A DNA stretch of 39,472 bases from Vulcanimicrobiales bacterium (GTDB taxonomy: Bacteria > Vulcanimicrobiota > Vulcanimicrobiia > Vulcanimicrobiales > Vulcanimicrobiaceae). Of this stretch, positions 38,235 to 39,472 are shown in pieces (within the stretch, counting starts at the first letter, position 1; every line of letters begins with the position of its first letter). A program made the translations under genes and the position numbers. The notes under the pieces are model-generated. The model made no database searches. It was not told where the DNA came from and saw only the letters and a program-made list of their open reading frames with translations. Location of the stretch: positions 1 through 39,472 of the forward strand of contig JBBRLI010000028.1 in assembly GCA_038231455.1 (NCBI GenBank), given 5' to 3'.

Positions 38235-38612
38235 ATGAATTCCGATTCCGAGGTCCGCTCGCAGCGGACACGTCGAACGTTCACGATCGCGCAGCGTGAG
38301 GCGATTCTTGCCGAATACGACGCATGCGAGACGGCGTCCGATCGTGCCGGCGTTATCCGCCGACATGCGATCTATAGCTCTCATCTTGCGAACTGGCGCA
38401 AGCAACTCGTAAAAGTCGAGCCGCCCAAGAAACGCGGTCGGCCCCCAAATCCGCTTACGTCCGAAGTACAAAAACTCCGCGACCAAGTCGCACGCTTAGA
38501 GCGACGAGCGGCGAAGGCGGAAAATATTGTTGATGCGTTGGGAAAAGCGCACGCGCTCTTGCAGATGATCGCAAGCGGGAGCGCGACGGACGACGAGCGG
38601 TCGAAGAAATAG
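38235..38612 (+). CDS. IS3-family transposase OrfA
   Basis: RRTFTIAQREAILAEYDAC...IYSSHLANWRKQ...KKRGRPP and a coiled coil. Confidence 0.88.
   Translation: MNSDSEVRSQRTRRTFTIAQREAILAEYDACETASDRAGVIRRHAIYSSHLANWRKQLVKVEPPKKRGRPPNPLTSEVQKLRDQVARLERRAAKAENIVDALGKAHALLQMIASGSATDDERSKK
38540..38585 (+). other. -1 programmed frameshift signal of the right IS3
   Basis: G GGA AAA (38540-38546) in the orfA frame, then a CGCGCTC...GAGCGCG stem (38552-38585). The -1 frame is open into orfB. Confidence 0.7.
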
Positions 38613-39472
38613 TGACAAAGCTTTCTGCCCGCGTTGGGATGCGCGGAGCTTGCGCCTTGATTGGCATCGCGCGAGTAACGATGCAACGCCGTCTCAAACC
38701 GCGGCTACGCGTCATTGCAAAGCGCAAGTCACGATCGGAGCGCGCGCTCAGCGAGGCAGAGCGCGCAGCGATTCTCGAGGTCGCGCATACCGCGCGTTTT
38801 TCGGACTTCAGCGTTCGTGAAATCTATGCGACATTGCTTGATGAAGGAACGTATGTCGGTTCGATCTCGACAATGTACCGCGTCCTTCGCGATGCGGGAG
38901 AAACCCGCGAACGACGGCGCTTGGCGACGCATCCGGCGGCGATCAAACCCGAACTTGCGGCAACGGCTCCTAACCAAGTTTGGTCGTGGGATATCACCAA
39001 ACTTCTGGGGCCGCAGAAATGGACGTACTACCACCTCTACGTCGTTCTCGACGTCTACAGCCGGTATGTTGTCGGCTGGCGTCTCGAAGCACGCGAAAGC
39101 GCAACATTGGCGACTGAACTCTTTACGGAGACGATCGCCAAAGAAGATGTCGACCCGAAGTTCTTGACCGTCCACAGCGACGGTGGCACCTCGATGACGT
39201 CAAAGTCGCTGACGCAACTTTTCGCCGATCTCGGCGTCGTGAAGAGTCGTTCGCGGCCACACGTCTCGAACGACAATCCGTTCATCGAGTCGCATTACAA
39301 AACGTTGAAATACTGCCCGACCTATCCCGGTAATTTCGCCAACATCGAACAAGCTCGCGCATACTGCCGTCGCTTCTTCGCGTGGTACAACGCCGAACAC
39401 CGCCACTCCGGAATCGCTTTGCTAACGCCCGAAGACGTTCACCGCGGACGCGTCAAAGAGCGCACAGACGCC
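38612..39472 (+). CDS. IS3-family transposase OrfB (DDE integrase core), partial
   Basis: Manual translation: IYATLLDEG, PELAATAPNQVWSWDITKL, LDVYSRYVVGW, HSDGG, SRPHVSNDNPFIES, WYNAEHRHSG. Open to the window end, so absent from the track. Confidence 0.92.
   Translation, partial: MTKLSARVGMRGACALIGIARVTMQRRLKPRLRVIAKRKSRSERALSEAERAAILEVAHTARFSDFSVREIYATLLDEGTYVGSISTMYRVLRDAGETRERRRLATHPAAIKPELAATAPNQVWSWDITKLLGPQKWTYYHLYVVLDVYSRYVVGWRLEARESATLATELFTETIAKEDVDPKFLTVHSDGGTSMTSKSLTQLFADLGVVKSRSRPHVSNDNPFIESHYKTLKYCPTYPGNFANIEQARAYCRRFFAWYNAEHRHSGIALLTPEDVHRGRVKERTDA

Larger units (their letters stand above)
38168..39472 (+). mobile_element. IS3-family element, runs off the window end
   Basis: Probable left end TGTGTCAAC at 38168; orfA plus orfB in -1 frame. 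Confidence 0.85.

Noticed and set aside
1-39472. Composite transposon bounded by the terminal IS elements
   Set aside because: The two IS3-family elements differ in sequence and the interior is housekeeping genes. IS copies at both ends more likely reflect assembly breaks or chance.

Overview
High-GC bacterial chromosomal segment with insertion sequences at both ends. A Terrabacteria-type gene order (yqeK-rsfS, leuS, comEA/comEC, CIRCE) combined with a TonB-like protein and a Gly/Pro/Thr-rich lipoprotein suggests Eremiobacterota/Vulcanimicrobiota; this is inference only. Left end: an IS5-group element inserted at CTAG inside orfB of an IS3-family element, then a Sel1-repeat gene. Core block: comEC, PPi-type pfk, GalE-like epimerase, leuS, comEA, a minus-strand operon (tsaE-tsaB-rimI-TonB-like-yqeK-rsfS-43 aa membrane protein-TPM protein), gyrA, a class II Fic protein, and trxA-selA-selB. 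Accessory block: SAF-domain oxidoreductase, 3-hydroxyacyl-CoA-dehydrogenase-like enzyme, lipoprotein, amidase, AraC/VOC pair, NitT/TauT ABC transporter, RMD1-like protein, HpcH aldolase and APC permease. Right end: CIRCE-preceded clpB and a second IS3-family element. Most notable signals: three conserved genes (yqeK, rsfS, selA) whose full-length frames appear to start at CTG; a small membrane protein coupled to rsfS that is below the ORF-track cutoff; a thioredoxin with an extra Cys heading selAB; leaderless-type promoters; and a 13-6-13 palindrome upstream of the Fic gene. No rRNA, tRNA (including tRNA-Sec) or CRISPR array was seen. All assignments come from motif recognition by eye, not database searches.
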